64,000 bases of DNA from an uncultured Gemmatimonadaceae bacterium (GCA_963843845.1 CAWJMB010000002.1:64001-128000), one strand, 5' to 3'. Shown: positions 20,291 through 30,098, numbered from the stretch's first letter. A program made the numbers and translations. Notes: generated from the letters alone by a model not told the origin.

Positions 20291-20626
20291 TCAGCGGCTG
20301 TGCCGGTACATGAGATCGACCAGTTCGTCGTACATCGACTCGGCCGACGCGTCGTCGGCGCGGATGGCGGTCGCGGCGCAGTGCTTGAGGTGGTTGCGCA
20401 TCAGCTCGCGCCCGACGGCGCGCAGCGCCTCGTGCACCGACGCGATCTGCGTCATGATGTCGGCGCAGTAGCGGTCGTCGTCGACCATCTTCTGCAGCCC
20501 GCGCACCTGCCCCTCGATGCGGCGCAGGCGCTTCAGGTTGCGGTCTTTGATGTCCGCGTCGACGGCGACGGCCTTGCGGCCCTCGCCCTGCCCCGCGCAG
20601 CCGCAGGTCGACGGTGCGATCGTCAT
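20291..20626 (-). CDS. csoR: Copper-sensing repressor CsoR
   Basis: [11 protein letters not shown]...RYCADI...HLKHC (C-H-C Cu ligands); GGAGG RBS before ATG at 20626. Confidence 0.92.
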   Translation of the reverse strand: MTIAPSTCGCAGQGEGRKAVAVDADIKDRNLKRLRRIEGQVRGLQKMVDDDRYCADIMTQIASVHEALRAVGRELMRNHLKHCAATAIRADDASAESMYDELVDLMYRHSR

Positions 20627-20646
20627 GGCACGTTCCTCCGCCGTCG

Positions 20647-23060
20647 TCATGGAACGGAGAGGCTCGCCGTCCGCAGTCGCAGACTGTTCGACACCACGCT
20701 GACCGAGCTGAAGGCCATCGCGGCGCTCGCGAGGATCGGGCTCAGCAGGATACCGAAGAGCGGATAGAGCACGCCTGCCGCGACCGGGATGCCGACGACG
20801 TTGTACGCGAACGCCCAGAACAGGTTCTGCCGCATCGTGCGCATCGTTCGCCGCGAGAGGGCGATCGCCTGCGCGACGCCGGCGAGGTCGCCGCGCATGA
20901 GCGCGACGTCCGCCGCCTCGACCGCGACGTCGGTGCCCGTGCCGATGGCGATGCCGATGTCGGCCTGCGCGAGCGCGGGCGCGTCGTTGATCCCGTCGCC
21001 GACCATCGCGACGACCCGCCCCGCGCGCTGCAGGCGCTGCGACCTCCGCGACCTTTCCCTCCGGCAGCACCTCGGCCACCACGCGCTCGATGCCGGCCTG
21101 GCGCGCGACCGCGTCGGCGGTGCGTCGGTCGTCGCCGGTGAGCATCACGACGTCGAGCCCCATCGCGCGCAGTCGGTCGACCGCGGCGCGCGACGTCGGC
21201 TTCACCGGGTCGGCGATCGCGACGAGTCCGGCGAGCCGTCCGTCGACGGCGACGTACACCGGCGTCTTTCCCGCCGCGGCGAGCCGCGCCGCCTCGGTGC
21301 CTAACGGGGCGGCGTCCACGCCCCACTCCTGCAACAGCCCCGCGTTCCCGACGGCGACCGCGCGGCCGCTCACGACACCGTGCACGCCCCGCCCCGTCGT
21401 CGACGCGAACGACTCGGGCGCGACGAGCGCGAGCCCGCGCGACTCGGCGTGTCGCACGATCGCGCCGGCCAGCGGGTGCTCGCTCGACCGCTCGAGCGAG
21501 GCGACGAGCGTGAGCAGCGCGTCGTCGGAGCGGGCGTCCCCCGCCACGCCCCCGGGCGCCCGCACGACGTCGGTGACGGCGGGCGTCCCCTCGGTGACGG
21601 TGCCCGTCTTGTCGAGCACGACGGTCGTCACGTCGCCCGCGCGCTGCAGCGCCTCGCCGCCTTTGATGAGCACACCCAGCGCCGCCCCGCGCCCGGTCGC
21701 GACCATGACGGCCGTCGGCACGGCGAGCCCCATCGCGCACGGGCAGGCGATGATGAGCACGGCGACCGCCGCGGCGAGCGCGCGCACGGTCGCCGCGCCG
21801 CCGCCCGCGCCACTCGCCTGCAGCGCGACGAACCACACGACGCAGGTCACGAGCGCGATCGCCACGACGACGGGAACGAAGATCGCGCTGACGCGGTCGG
21901 CGAGTGCCTGGATCGGCGCCCGCGAGCCCTGCGCATCGCGCATGAGCCGCACGATCTGCGCGAGCACGCTGTCGCTGCCGACCGTCGTCGCGCGGTAGCG
22001 GAACGCGCCGGTCGCGTTGATCGTGCCGCCGATCACGCGGTCGCCCGCGCGCTTCGCGACCGGCATCGACTCGCCGGTCAGCATCGACTCGTCGACCGCG
22101 CTCTCGCCGCGCACGACCTCGCCGTCGACCGGCAGCCGCTCCCCGGGCCGCACGACGACGACGTCGCCGGCCTGCACCTCCTCGACCGCGACGTCGACTT
22201 CCTGGTCCCCGCGCACGACGCGCGCCGTCTTCGGCTGCAACTGCGTCAGCGCGCGCAGCGCCGTCGCCGTGTCGCGCTTCGCGCGCGCCTCGAAGGCGTT
22301 GCCCGTGAGCACGAGCGCGATGATGATGACGACCGCCTCGTAGTAGACGTCGGGTGCCACGCCGTGGCGCGTGAACAGCGACGGCGCGACCGTCGCGACG
22401 AGCGAGTAGAGGAACGCCGCGCCGGTGCCCAACGCGACGAGCGTGTTCATGTCCGCCGCGTGGTGGCGGAAGCGCGGCCCAGGCGCGCGTGTAGAAGTGG
22501 CGCCCCGCCCAGAGCATGACGCCGAGCGTCAGCGCGAGCAGCGTCCAGCTGATCGCCGCGGTGGGGATGGCGTAGAGCCAGGGCATCACGCTGCGCAGTG
22601 CCGGCGTCATCGCGGTCATCGCCCACCGCATGAACGGGTCGACGCCGCCGGCCGTCCCCGCATGGCCGACCATGAGCGGCATCGACACGACCATCGCGAC
22701 CGCGCCGACGACACCGCTCACGATCGCCTTCGTGCGCAGCTCGCGGAACTCGTCCGCCGTCTCCGCATCGCGCGCCGCCTGCTCGTCGAACGCGCTCCGC
22801 TCGACGCGCGGCAGCTCGGCGCCGTAGCCGGTCGTGCGGATCGTCTCGACGAGCGCGTCGGGCGACACGGCAGCCGGGTCGTAGGCGACCGTCGCGTTCC
22901 CCATCATGAGGTTGACGGTCGCGTCGACGACGCCGGGCGTGCGGCTCAACGTGCGCTGCACGCGCCCCTGGCAGGCGGCGCACGTCATCCCCGTCACCGG
23001 AATGACGATGCGCCCGGCCGGTGCGGGCGCGTCGGGGGGCGCGATCAGGGCATTCGTCAT
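20647..23060 (-). CDS. copA: Copper-translocating P1B-type ATPase (frameshifts near 22480 and 21045)
   Basis: GMTCAAC, TGES, CPC, DKTGT, SEHP, GDGIND and YN motifs spread over three frames. Confidence 0.92.
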
Positions 23061-23092
23061 CTCCTAACCTCCTCGGACACCGCGCGGCGGCG

Positions 23093-23545
23093 TCACTTCG
23101 TGTCCATCTCGGCGATCAGCGCCTCCATCTCGGCGATCTCCCGCCGCTGCGCGGCGATGATGCGGTCGGCGAGCGCGCGCACGCGCGGGTCGCCGAGGTG
23201 CGCCCGCTCGCTCGTGAGGATCGCGATCGAGTGGTGCGGGATCATCGCCTTCATCCACGCCACGTCCCCTACCGTGGCCTGGCTGCGCGCGAGGAGCAGC
23301 GCGGCCGCGAACACGATGGCGCTCCCGACGACGATCGCGGCGTTCTTCGCCCGGTCGGCGTACATGCCGAGCATGAACCCGAGCATGATGACCGCCATCG
23401 TCGCACCCATGTAGAGCGCCATCCAGAAGCGCGTCTGACTCCACCAGACGTCGCTCCACCGATAGACGGTCGAGTACATGAGCGCGAACATCACGACCGT
23501 GGACGTGACGGTCATGGCCACGAAGCGGCGGTACGACATCGTCAT
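23093..23545 (-). CDS. DUF305 family Met-rich membrane protein
   Basis: MIPHHSIAI...IIAAQRREIAEM. Confidence 0.85.
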   Translation of the reverse strand: MTMSYRRFVAMTVTSTVVMFALMYSTVYRWSDVWWSQTRFWMALYMGATMAVIMLGFMLGMYADRAKNAAIVVGSAIVFAAALLLARSQATVGDVAWMKAMIPHHSIAILTSERAHLGDPRVRALADRIIAAQRREIAEMEALIAEMDTK

Positions 23546-23553
23546 CGCGCGGC

Positions 23554-23781
23554 TCAGCGATCGCCGACGAGCGCGGCATCGTAGCCGGCGTCGCGGATCG
23601 CCTCGATCGCCTCGGCCGTGATCGCGTCGGGCGCGCCGCCGCTCGGGTCGATCGCCACCTGCGCCGAGCCGATGCCGACCGTGGCACCAGCGACCCCGGG
23701 GACCGCCTGCAGCGCGGCCTCCACCGCGGCGACGCAGTGACTGCAGCTCATGCCGGTGATGTCGAGCGAGACGTCGCGCAT
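23554..23781 (-). CDS. copZ: Copper chaperone (HMA domain)
   Basis: GMSCSHC...DAGY. Confidence 0.88.
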   Translation of the reverse strand: MRDVSLDITGMSCSHCVAAVEAALQAVPGVAGATVGIGSAQVAIDPSGGAPDAITAEAIEAIRDAGYDAALVGDR

Positions 23782-23814
23782 GGAAGAGCCTCCGTTGAGA
23801 ACGTGGTACAAGCT

Positions 23815-23835
23815 ATATACCCCCCACCCCTATAT
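23815..23835. promoter_or_regulatory. Putative CsoR operator ATATA-C6-A-C4-TATAT
   Basis: C-tract flanked by an AT inverted repeat, about 35 bp upstream of copZ; matches the CsoR/RcnR site architecture. Confidence 0.7.
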
Positions 23836-23881
23836 CAACCCGCGGCTGGCGTCTGGCCGGACGGCGCGCATCGTTGTGCGC

Positions 23882-24094
23882 ATGAGACTGCTCCGAGTCG
23901 CTCCCCCCCTGCTGCTCGCCGCGACGGCCGCCGCACCCGACCTCCATGCACGGCGCGCGCTCACGGTCTTCATCTCCGCCGACATGGAGGGGATCGCCGG
24001 CGTCGTCTCGGGCGCCCAGCGCGGGCCGGCGGGCTTCGAGTACGCGCGCTTCATGGAGTCCGCACGCAGCGACCGCCCGGACCTCTCTCCGTGA
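23882..24094 (+). pseudogene. Truncated M55 D-aminopeptidase (DppA-like) N-terminal fragment
   Basis: Signal peptide plus VFISADMEGIAGV, then stops at about 70 aa with no continuation seen. Confidence 0.7.
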
Positions 24095-25776
24095 CGACGC
24101 GCCGCGACTTCCTGCACGCGGCCGGAGGAGCGCTCCTCGGCCGCGCGTTGGTCACCGACGCGGTAGGCACCGACGCGGTAGGCACCGACGCGTGGGGCGC
24201 GCGTGCGTCCGGCGCCCGGCACGACCTCGTGATCCGCGGCGGCACCGTGTTCGACGGCACCGGCGCGCCGGGCATCGAGGCCGACGTCGCGATCGACCGG
24301 CGGGCGCGATCGTCCCTCGTGACGCGACGGATCGCCGACGCCGGCGCCGTCGAGATCGACGCGCGCGGGCTCGCCGTCGCGCCGGGATTCGTCGACATCC
24401 ACTCGCACGCCGACGGCTCGCTGTTCGCCGACCCGCGCGCCGAGTCGGTCGTTCGACAGGGCATCACGACCGTCGTCGTCGGGCAGGACGGCAGCTCGTC
24501 GGCGCCGGGCGCGGGGTCGGCGAACGAGACGTTCCGCGACTATTTCGCGCGCGTCGACCGCCTGGCCCCCGGCGGTGAACGTCGCTTCGATGATCGGGCT
24601 CGGCACGGTGCGCGGCGCGCGTCGTGGGGCTCGACGACCGGCCGGCGACGGCGGCCGAGCTCGTGCGCATGACCGCGCTCGTCGAGGCGGCGCTCGCCGA
24701 CGGCGCGTGCGGCGCGTCGTCGGGGCTCGAGTACACGCCCGGCGCGTTCGCGTCGCAGGACGAGCTCGATCGCGCTCTGCCGCCCGCTCGCCCGCGCGCC
24801 GGCCTGCCATACGCGACGCACATGCGCAACGAGGACGACCGCCTGCTCGACGCGATCGCGCGAGGCGGTCGCCGTCGCCGAGGGCGCCGGCTGTCCGCTC
24901 CAGATCTCGCACCTCAAGACGCAGGGCCCGCGCAACTGGGGGCAAGCTCGACGACGGCGTTCGCGCTGATCGACGGTGCCGCGCGCGCGCGGGCTCGACG
25001 TGACGTTCGACCGCTACCCGTACGTCGCCTACGCCACCGGCCTGACGAACATCTTCCCCGTCTGGAGCCGCGACGGCGGCACCGCGGCGTTCCTCGCTCG
25101 CCTCGCCGACCCGCGCGACCGCGCCGCGCATCCGCGCGGCGAGTCGCTCGCGAAGATCGAGCTGATCGGCGGGTGGGACAACGTCCAGATCTCCGGCGTC
25201 GCGCCGCAGTCCGAGCGCGCGGCGGAGGGAAGGCGGCTCGGCGCCTACGCCGCGAGCCGCGGTCTGGACCCGTACGACGCGGCGGTCGCGCTGCTCGCGG
25301 AGCCGCGGCGACGTCGGCATGGTCGGCTTCGCGATGAGCGAGGACAACCTCGACCGCATCCTCGCCCACCCGCGCGGCATGGTCGCGAGCGACGGCGGCG
25401 CGGTCGCGCTCGCCGGCCCGGCTCGGCGCGGCCACCCGCACCCGCGATCGTTAGGCACCTTCCCGCGCGTGCTCGCTCGCTACGTGCGCGAGCGGAAGGC
25501 GTTGACGCTCGCGTCGGCGATCCGCAAGATGACCGCGATGCCCGCCGCCCGGCTCGGCCTCGCCGACCGCGGCCGCCTCGCGCCGACCGCCGCCGCCGAC
25601 GTCGTCGTCTTCGACCCCGCGACCGTCGCCGACCGCGCGACGTTCGCCGAGCCGTTCCAGTACCCGGTCGGGCATCAAGGCCGTCGTCGTGAACGGCGGC
25701 GTCGCGCTGCTCGACGGGCGAGCGCCGGGCGACGCGCACCGGGCGGGCCCTGCGCCCTCGGGCCGGTCGTATCTGA
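24091..25776 (+). CDS. Tat-exported N-acyl-D-amino-acid deacylase (several frameshifts)
   Basis: TTRRDFL; PGFVDIHSHAD; YATHMRNE; QISHLK; HPRSLGTFPRVL. Confidence 0.82.
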
Positions 25777-25841
25777 CAGAAGGAACGGAAGGAACGGAAG
25801 CACGACCAGGTGATCGTTGGCTCTCTTCCGTTCCTTCCGTC
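25775..25841. repeat. REP-like hairpin with 17-bp near-perfect inverted repeat
   Basis: GACAGAAGGAACGGAAG ... CTTCCGTTCCTTCCGTC. Confidence 0.75.
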
Positions 25842-25859
25842 GAATGAACACCCAGCCGA

Positions 25860-26092
25860 CGATGAACGGCATCGTGCGCTTCCGCCCACGTCGCTCGCCG
25901 CGCAGAGCACGTTCTGCGCGAACGCGCTCGCGACCGGCCGCCCTACGTCGCGAACGCCGCCGGCATCATGTACGCGCCGCGCGGCACGATCGTGCTCGCC
26001 GTGTTCACGACCGGAACCGCGGGAGCTTCTCCGACCTCGAGGCGACCGAGGGGACGGTCGCGGAGGAGGTGCCGGCAGCGTGGAGCCGGTGA
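25860..26092 (+). pseudogene. Possible remnant of a class A beta-lactamase-like serine hydrolase
   Basis: PPYVANAAGIMYAPRGTIVLAVFT|NRGSFSDLEAT resembles the strands following the KTG motif; catalytic core absent. Confidence 0.4.
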
Positions 26093-26140
26093 GCCGCCGC
26101 GCGGCCGGCGCCGGGCCGCGCCGTCAGCTGCAACGGTCCG

Positions 26141-26701
26141 TCAGCCGCCCGCGCGCCGGTAGTGCATGGCGACCGCGCCGTTGCGGAGCGGCGCCGCCGA
26201 GACCAGCTCGAGCCGTCGCGTGGCGAGGAGCCCGCTCCGGTACAGGGTCGGGCCGTGACCGGCGATCCGGGGGTGGACGAGGAACCTGTACTCGTCGATC
26301 AGATCCAGCCGGTCCAGCGCGGTCGCGAGCGTGCCGCTCCCGAGGAGCACGCCGGCAGGAGTCGCGTCCTTGAGGTGCTGCACGCCCGTGCGCAGGTCGC
26401 CGGCGACGTGGTGGCTGTTGGTCCACGGGAAGTCCGTTCGCGTCGACGACACCACGTACTTCGGTTTGGCCTCCAGCGTGACCGCCCACGCGCGCATCGC
26501 CGGCGGCGCCTCCACGTCGCCGCGGGCGACCGCCGGCCAGTAGCGCTCCATCATCTCGTAGGTGACGCGGCCCCACAGCATCGCGCCCCCCTCGTCCATG
26601 AGACGGGTGAAGAAGGCGTGTGTCTCGTCGTCCGCGATTCCCTCGCGGTGGTCGACGCAGCCGTCGAGGGTGACGTTGAGGCTGAAGGTCAGGAGTCCCA
26701 T
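26141..26701 (-). CDS. Dihydrofolate reductase-like (RibD C-terminal) protein
   Basis: NVTLDGC, LWGRVTYEMM, KYVVSST and LIDEYRFLVHP.IAG.G motifs. Confidence 0.9.
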   Translation of the reverse strand: MGLLTFSLNVTLDGCVDHREGIADDETHAFFTRLMDEGGAMLWGRVTYEMMERYWPAVARGDVEAPPAMRAWAVTLEAKPKYVVSSTRTDFPWTNSHHVAGDLRTGVQHLKDATPAGVLLGSGTLATALDRLDLIDEYRFLVHPRIAGHGPTLYRSGLLATRRLELVSAAPLRNGAVAMHYRRAGG

Positions 26702-26721
26702 GGCGACGAGTCTACTCCGGA

Positions 26722-26843
26722 GCGTCAGCGAGACGGGAGCTCTCTGCGGCGCGGTGGCCGGGATGCCCGGCCGGACGGGCGTTCACCGCGCGGCCGACGG
26801 CGGCGGGGCCGCGTGCCGTGTCAGCTGCAACGCACCGTCACGC
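26722..26843 (-). mobile_element. Degenerate attC-like site after the VOC gene
   Basis: GCGTGAC-N5-GTTGCAGCTGAC overlaps the stop codon; same layout after the DHFR gene (26123-26146). Confidence 0.45.
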
Positions 26844-27254
26844 GGACGCCGGCCGCTCCGCCTCGCAGAGCAGCATCCACGACGTGCCGAACCGGTCGCG
26901 CAGCATCGCGAACCGCGTCGCGAAGAACGTCTGCTCCATCGGCATGAAGACCTGCCCGCCGTCGGCGAGCAGCGCGTAGACGCGCTCCGCCTCTTCGGGA
27001 GTGCCGAACATGAGCGTCAGGTACGCGCTGCGCATCGGTTCGGCGCCCGGCACGTCCGCGCCCATGACGATCGCGTCGCCGATCTCCAGCCGCGCGTGCA
27101 GCACGGCGTCCGCCCAGTCCTCGGGGAGGCGCGAGGGGCCGGGCTGCGCTCCGTGCCGCTGCAGCATGACGATCCGGCCGCCCAGGTGCCCCTCGTAGAA
27201 GCGGAACGCGGCCTCGCAGTGCCCGGGGTAGTTCAGGTAGACGTGGAGTTTCAC
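26838..27254 (-). CDS. VOC family PhnB-like protein
   Basis: YLNYPGHCEAAFRFYE...VLHARL...LRDRFGTSW. Confidence 0.9.
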   Translation of the reverse strand: MKLHVYLNYPGHCEAAFRFYEGHLGGRIVMLQRHGAQPGPSRLPEDWADAVLHARLEIGDAIVMGADVPGAEPMRSAYLTLMFGTPEEAERVYALLADGGQVFMPMEQTFFATRFAMLRDRFGTSWMLLCEAERPASA

Positions 27255-27297
27255 CAGAGTCGTGCGAGCGGTGTGAGAACGATCATCGCCGCGCCGC

Positions 27298-28692
27298 CTA
27301 ACGGATGCGTTCGACCGAGAGCCGCGCCGCGCCCGCCCCGGCCGCAGCACGCGCGCGGCCCCGCGCGTGGGCCAGGGTCACGATCTCCTGCGGGTAGAAG
27401 CGGAAGCCGTCGCACTCGCCGTGGTGCACGCGCGCCAGCCGCTCGTACTCCCACGGACAGCCGCCCATGCACACCGGGAGCGCGCCGCAGTTCGAGCACC
27501 CCGCGCGCGTCGACGGGTCGTAGCGCGCCCACCGCGCGAGCTGGGGCTCCGCGTTCGGCACCGGCGTCCCCGAGACGTGCCCGATGGCCTGCTCCTCCGA
27601 CCCGTCGATCTGGTTCCAGCACTTGAAGATCAGCCCGCTCGGCGCGACGACGAAGCCGAGCCGCGACTCGACCGAGCAGAGCGGCCCGCAGAGGGGCGAC
27701 GGCAGCCCCGTCGACGGCAGGAGGCCGCGGCGCAGCAGTTCGGCGTCGAACCAGATCGTCACGCGCGCCCGCTCCTCGTCGGACAGCACGTCCTCCTTCA
27801 CGTGCGCGCACGCGCTCGTGGTGTCGACGACGAAGCCGAGGCTGATGTGGGCGGCGGGAAGGATCTCCTCCTCCACCAGCCGGTCGAGGAGCGCGCCGAG
27901 CGCGGGCACGTTCCGCCGGTCGACGTTGACGCGCAGGTTGATCGGGAGCCCGAGCCGCAGCGACGTGCGGCAGTTCGCGACGATCCGCTCCCACGTGCCC
28001 TGCCCGCCGACGAGGACCCGGCGCCGGTCGTGCACCGCCGGCAGCCCGTCGAGCGTGACCTGCACCATCGACCACTCGCCGAGCGCCTGGAGGCGGCGGA
28101 CCACGTCCTCGGTGAGAAAGTAGCCGTTCGTCACGATCCCGCGCGTGACGCGGCACCCGCGCGCCTCGCCGAGCGCGTTCGTGAAGCGCTGTACGCGCTC
28201 CACGATGTCGGGCTGGAGGAGCGGCTCGCCGCCGAACCACGTCGTGTTGATGGTCCGTACCCCCTCCGCGCGCGCGGCGATGAACCGCGTCAGGTCGGCC
28301 TCGACCGCGGGCGTCATCACCTCCTGCCGGTGCCGCTCGAAGCAGTAGGTGCAGCGGAAGTTGCACTGGATCGTCGGCGCGAGCGTCAGCAGCAGCGCGT
28401 CGGGGGAGGCGAGCGACTGGCGCCGGAGCGCGAACAGCGCGGCGCGCTCGTCGAATCCCGCCGGGACGAGCACGCCCGCCGCGATCAGGCGGTCGCGCAG
28501 CGCCGGCGGCAGCGCGTCCGGCGCCGGCGCGCCCGGGCGGCCGTCGAGCGCCGCGATCCGGGCGTGGTCGGCTTCGTCCAGCTCCAGCAGGGCACCCGTG
28601 AAGGCGTTGAACGCCAGGTGGGTGCCCGGGATGGCCGACGGCGCGAGCGTGTTGTAGCGCGACGCGACGAGCGTGTCGTGCGGCGCGATCAC
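27298..28692 (-). CDS. Radical SAM/SPASM peptide maturase (464 aa)
   Basis: CNFRCTYC; WFGGEPLL; VTLDG..HD..R; SPASM cysteines C...KCW...CSNCGALPVCMGGCP...C; N-terminal SRYN...FNAFTGA RRE-like domain; GTG at 28692. Confidence 0.93.
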   Translation of the reverse strand: MIAPHDTLVASRYNTLAPSAIPGTHLAFNAFTGALLELDEADHARIAALDGRPGAPAPDALPPALRDRLIAAGVLVPAGFDERAALFALRRQSLASPDALLLTLAPTIQCNFRCTYCFERHRQEVMTPAVEADLTRFIAARAEGVRTINTTWFGGEPLLQPDIVERVQRFTNALGEARGCRVTRGIVTNGYFLTEDVVRRLQALGEWSMVQVTLDGLPAVHDRRRVLVGGQGTWERIVANCRTSLRLGLPINLRVNVDRRNVPALGALLDRLVEEEILPAAHISLGFVVDTTSACAHVKEDVLSDEERARVTIWFDAELLRRGLLPSTGLPSPLCGPLCSVESRLGFVVAPSGLIFKCWNQIDGSEEQAIGHVSGTPVPNAEPQLARWARYDPSTRAGCSNCGALPVCMGGCPWEYERLARVHHGECDGFRFYPQEIVTLAHARGRARAAAGAGAARLSVERIR

Positions 28693-29087
28693 CGGAACCG
28701 CGTCGCGAGCGACTCGCCGAAGGCGCGCGACCACTCCGGCAGCGTGCCCTGTGGGGCGTCGGTCGAGGCCGACTCCGGCGCCGGCAGCTTGATGAACTTC
28801 TTCGGCTGGCAGACCGGCGCGTCCGGATCCTCCGGGGGCGGCACCTTGATGAACTTCTTCGGCTGGCAGATCGGTGCGTCCGGCGCTTCCGGCGGGGGCA
28901 CCTTGATGAACTTCTGTGGCGCGCACCCCGGCGCGGCCGCCGCGAAGTCGTCGGCCGTGACGCCGAGCGAGCCGTCCGGGTGGAGATGGGCCAGCACCGC
29001 CGCACCTGCCGCGGCTCTCGACTCCCTGAGCAGATGCGCGGTCGGGGTGTCGGGCAGCAGATCTCGCGGCTCGTCGGGACTGGGCAT
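28689..29087 (-). CDS. Putative multi-core RiPP precursor peptide (132 aa)
   Basis: AGGAGG RBS about 8 nt before ATG at 29087; three 19-aa repeats; stop codon overlaps the rSAM start (GTGA). Confidence 0.8.
   Translation of the reverse strand: MPSPDEPRDLLPDTPTAHLLRESRAAAGAAVLAHLHPDGSLGVTADDFAAAAPGCAPQKFIKVPPPEAPDAPICQPKKFIKVPPPEDPDAPVCQPKKFIKLPAPESASTDAPQGTLPEWSRAFGESLATRFR
28773..28925 (-). repeat. 57-bp coding tandem repeat x ~2.7 (C.P.KFIK.P.PE)
   Basis: Cys codons at 28925, 28868 and 28811, exactly 57 bp apart. Confidence 0.95.
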
Positions 29088-29242
29088 CGGGCACGCCTCC
29101 TGTCGATGGTGGTCTGCGCTGCGCCGAGCGTTCGGACTCGCGCGGCGGCCAATCTGTGCGCCGTGCGCGCGCGCGGCCAGAGGGAGCGCACGCGGCGGAC
29201 ACGACTCTTGCGCGCGGCGGACAGTCACGTACGCTAGCCGTC

Positions 29243-30007
29243 ATGCCTTTCCGCCCTTACATCCTCGCCGAAGCGCCGTGGCAGTTCGTCTCCGGCGCCG
29301 CCTACGACGTCGCCGTGCTTCCGTGGGGCGCCACCGAGGCGCACAACTTCCACCTGCCGTACGGCACCGACGTCATCGAGTGCGATCACGTCGCCGCCGA
29401 GTCGGCGCGCGTCGCGTGGGAGCGGGGGGCGCGTGTCGTCGTGCTGCCGACGGTGCCGTTCGGCGTGCAGACGACGCAGCTCGACATCCCGTTCTGCCTG
29501 AACATGAACCCGTCGACGCAGGCCGCGGTGCTCGGCGACCTCGTCGCGGCGCTCGAGGGACAGGGAGTTCGTCGCCTCGTGCTCCTGAACGGCCACGGCG
29601 GCAACGACTTCAAGCAGATCATCCGCGAGCTGCAGCCGCGCACGCAGGTCATGCTCGTCGCGATCAACTGGTACGGCTGCGTCGACCCGACGCCGTACTT
29701 CGACGACCTCGGCGACCACGCGGGCGAGCTCGAGACGAGCGTCATGCAGCACGTCGCCCCCGACCTCGTGCTTCCGTTAGGCGACGCCGGCCCGGGGACT
29801 GAACGCAGGCCGAAGATCGCCGGGCTGCGCGAGCGGTGGGCGTGGACGCCGCGCCGCTGGACGCAGGTCTCCGCCGACACCGGCATCGGCGACCCGAAGG
29901 CGGCGACGCCGGAGAAGGGAGCGCGCTTCTTCCGCGCCGTCACCGAGCGCATCGGCGGCTTCCTCGTCGACCTCGCGGCGGCGGACCCGGGTGACCTCTA
30001 TGAGTGA
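29243..30007 (+). CDS. Creatininase / creatinine amidohydrolase family (MftE-like fold)
   Basis: GATEAHNFHLPYGTD, NGHGGN and DHAGELETS motifs. Confidence 0.92.
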   Translation: MPFRPYILAEAPWQFVSGAAYDVAVLPWGATEAHNFHLPYGTDVIECDHVAAESARVAWERGARVVVLPTVPFGVQTTQLDIPFCLNMNPSTQAAVLGDLVAALEGQGVRRLVLLNGHGGNDFKQIIRELQPRTQVMLVAINWYGCVDPTPYFDDLGDHAGELETSVMQHVAPDLVLPLGDAGPGTERRPKIAGLRERWAWTPRRWTQVSADTGIGDPKAATPEKGARFFRAVTERIGGFLVDLAAADPGDLYE

Positions 30008-30098
30008 GCGACTGGACATGACATGCACCGAGCAGGGCCGAATGCACCGAATCGCCTCGCGCCGTCGGCCATCCGGCGCATCTCGCCCTTCTCGGTGC

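Noticed and set aside
20647..23060. Programmed frameshifting in copA, upp, mnmE or yidC
   Set aside because: No slippery heptamers seen; indels are scattered and shared by neighbouring genes, consistent with assembly error
27298..28692. rSAM as an anaerobic sulfatase maturase or PqqE
   Set aside because: No sulfatase or pqqBCD genes are nearby; it has an N-terminal RRE-like extension and a coupled repeat peptide
28773..28925. 57-bp repeats as a CRISPR array
   Set aside because: There are no unique spacers, the period is a multiple of 3, the differences preserve the protein, and no cas genes are present
27298..29244. 648-aa version of the rSAM ORF
   Set aside because: The first 184 codons are an alternate-frame read of the precursor; the GTG at 28692 overlapping the precursor stop is the better start
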